Position numbers and translations under genes: made by a program. DNA of 63,422 nucleotides, filler included, from Rhabdomonas costata (taxonomy: Eukaryota), in the NCBI GenBank assembly GCA_019059605.1. It is 53 parts of 53 records of this genome, joined end to end, with 100 filler letters (N's around TTAATTAATTAA, not from the genome) between each part and the next. Parts side by side here need not be neighbours in the genome. Positions count along the whole stretch, not along the records: positions 62,326 to 63,422 come from JAHMHO010028746.1; 52 more parts are not named here. The stretch is one strand, 5' to 3'. Every line of letters begins with the position of its first letter. The first letter of the stretch is position 1. This document shows positions 62,326 to 63,422 of the stretch, in pieces. The notes beneath the pieces were generated by a model that saw only the letters and a list, made by a program, of their open reading frames with translations, searched no databases and was not told the origin of the DNA.

Positions 62326-63372
62326 CTGGGCCTGGCGAAGTCCGCGGAGGACCTGGCGGCGGGAGTCCAGGAGTGGGTTCTGGTGGTCCGGTGCTGCCTG
62401 GCCCAGGGCAACGCCAAGCGGGCGGAGACCGTGGTGCGGGACTTGCTGGCCAAGGAGCCCGAAAACCCCTCCCTGTGGGTGGCCTTGGGAGAGGCGACTG
62501 CCAGCAAGGAGTGCTTCCTGAAGGTTGTCTCAAAAGCAAAGAGCAAAATGGGGGATGTCATCAGTGAAAAGTTTGTTTCGGTCTACCAGCAAGAAGACGC
62601 AGGGCTGCGTGCGGAAAAAAAATGAAAGCGAAGGGATTCCGCACAGCGCACAGCGCTTGGATTATCGCTCCTGGAGCCACACACCAATTCTTTTCCTTAA
62701 TCATGGGAGCCGTTTAAAGGGCAGGACTGTGTAGATGACAGGACGTTTTCTGTCAGGCCTGGGACCTTTCCGGGCACAAGCTTGCCGGCGCGATGCGCAA
62801 GATGGCGCGGTTGTGCACAGAGAAGTCGCAATGGGAGGAAAGCATCGAGTACTACGACAAGGCGCTGGCACTAAACCCGCTCTACGGGGCAAACTGGTGT
62901 GCGCCACTTCACCTCTGTGCGACGTATAATTGACGCAGGCAAACCACTCATTGGGTGTACCTTTTTCGAAATGTAGAAAGAGCAATTCTTCCCCGACATT
63001 CGAAGTAAGGGGTTGTTAGCCCGAACCGAGCCTTTTGAGTTGTTGGGAGCGATGGGAGGTCTCACAAAGGTAGGAAGCTCGCCATTCTGCAGTCTGTGTT
63101 TGTTTTCGTGTATCCACACACACACACACGCACAGACATGAAAACAAAGGGGGACTTCTTCATTGAAACTGCACTTTCCATCAGTCTCCGGTCTTTCCGG
63201 TCTCCCAGCGATGGCTTGCCGTCATCTTTTTTCATGTGCTGTCACATGTGGCTTGGCTCGTCCGCACCGTAGACCCCTCGCCAACGCGTCCCCGGAACAA
63301 AAAAGGTTCACCTTGGGGCATGCCTGCATGAAGACGGAGCGGTGGGACCGCGCCCTGGAGTGCTTCACGAGG
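62326..63372 (+). CDS. TTC27: TPR protein TTC27/Emw1-like, exons 62326-62523, 62757-62896 and 63306-~63372
   Basis: PSLWVALGE...FLK|AWDLSG...YYDKALALNPLYGANW|FTLGHACMK...ALECFTR. Confidence 0.75.
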
Positions 63373-63422
63373 GTGGTCACATCATTCGTGATACCCTGGA
63401 GCGTAGTATGAAACCCCCCCCC

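Noticed and set aside
1-63422. tRNA, rRNA, spliced-leader RNA genes and CRISPR arrays
   Set aside because: None were recognised by eye. Most short ORFs in the track are intronic or antisense noise.

Overview
This window is not a contiguous locus. It is 53 unrelated ~1.1 kb contigs joined by 52 artificial 100-nt spacers (N44-TTAATTAATTAA-N44). Most contig ends carry G/T-only 5' tails and A/C-only 3' tails, and six contigs start with fold-back duplications; both point to whole-genome-amplified, probably single-cell, DNA. Most contigs are nuclear DNA of an intron-rich protist, probably a euglenozoan or euglenid (inference from GTNYG splice donors, a GC donor, and a trypanosomatid-like stomatin). 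They contain short exons of XRCC2, VPS13, CAP-D3, SLP-2, TTC27, PepN, LTA4H and a bacterial-type PurF, plus receiver, cyclase, SET, ankyrin, WD40, FYVE, NACHT-like and DUF1152 domains and some transposon debris. Two very AT-rich, intronless contigs look viral. Contig 1-1099 has a giant-virus-like SET gene converging on a PD-(D/E)xK nuclease gene across a perfect 32-bp palindrome. Contig 46754-47851 has a frameshifted Polinton/Maverick-type protein-primed DNA polymerase B followed directly by the start of an rve-type integrase. Together they suggest a host / giant virus / Polinton-like element system, but no physical linkage can be shown here. All family calls come from motif recognition by eye; no searches were run.
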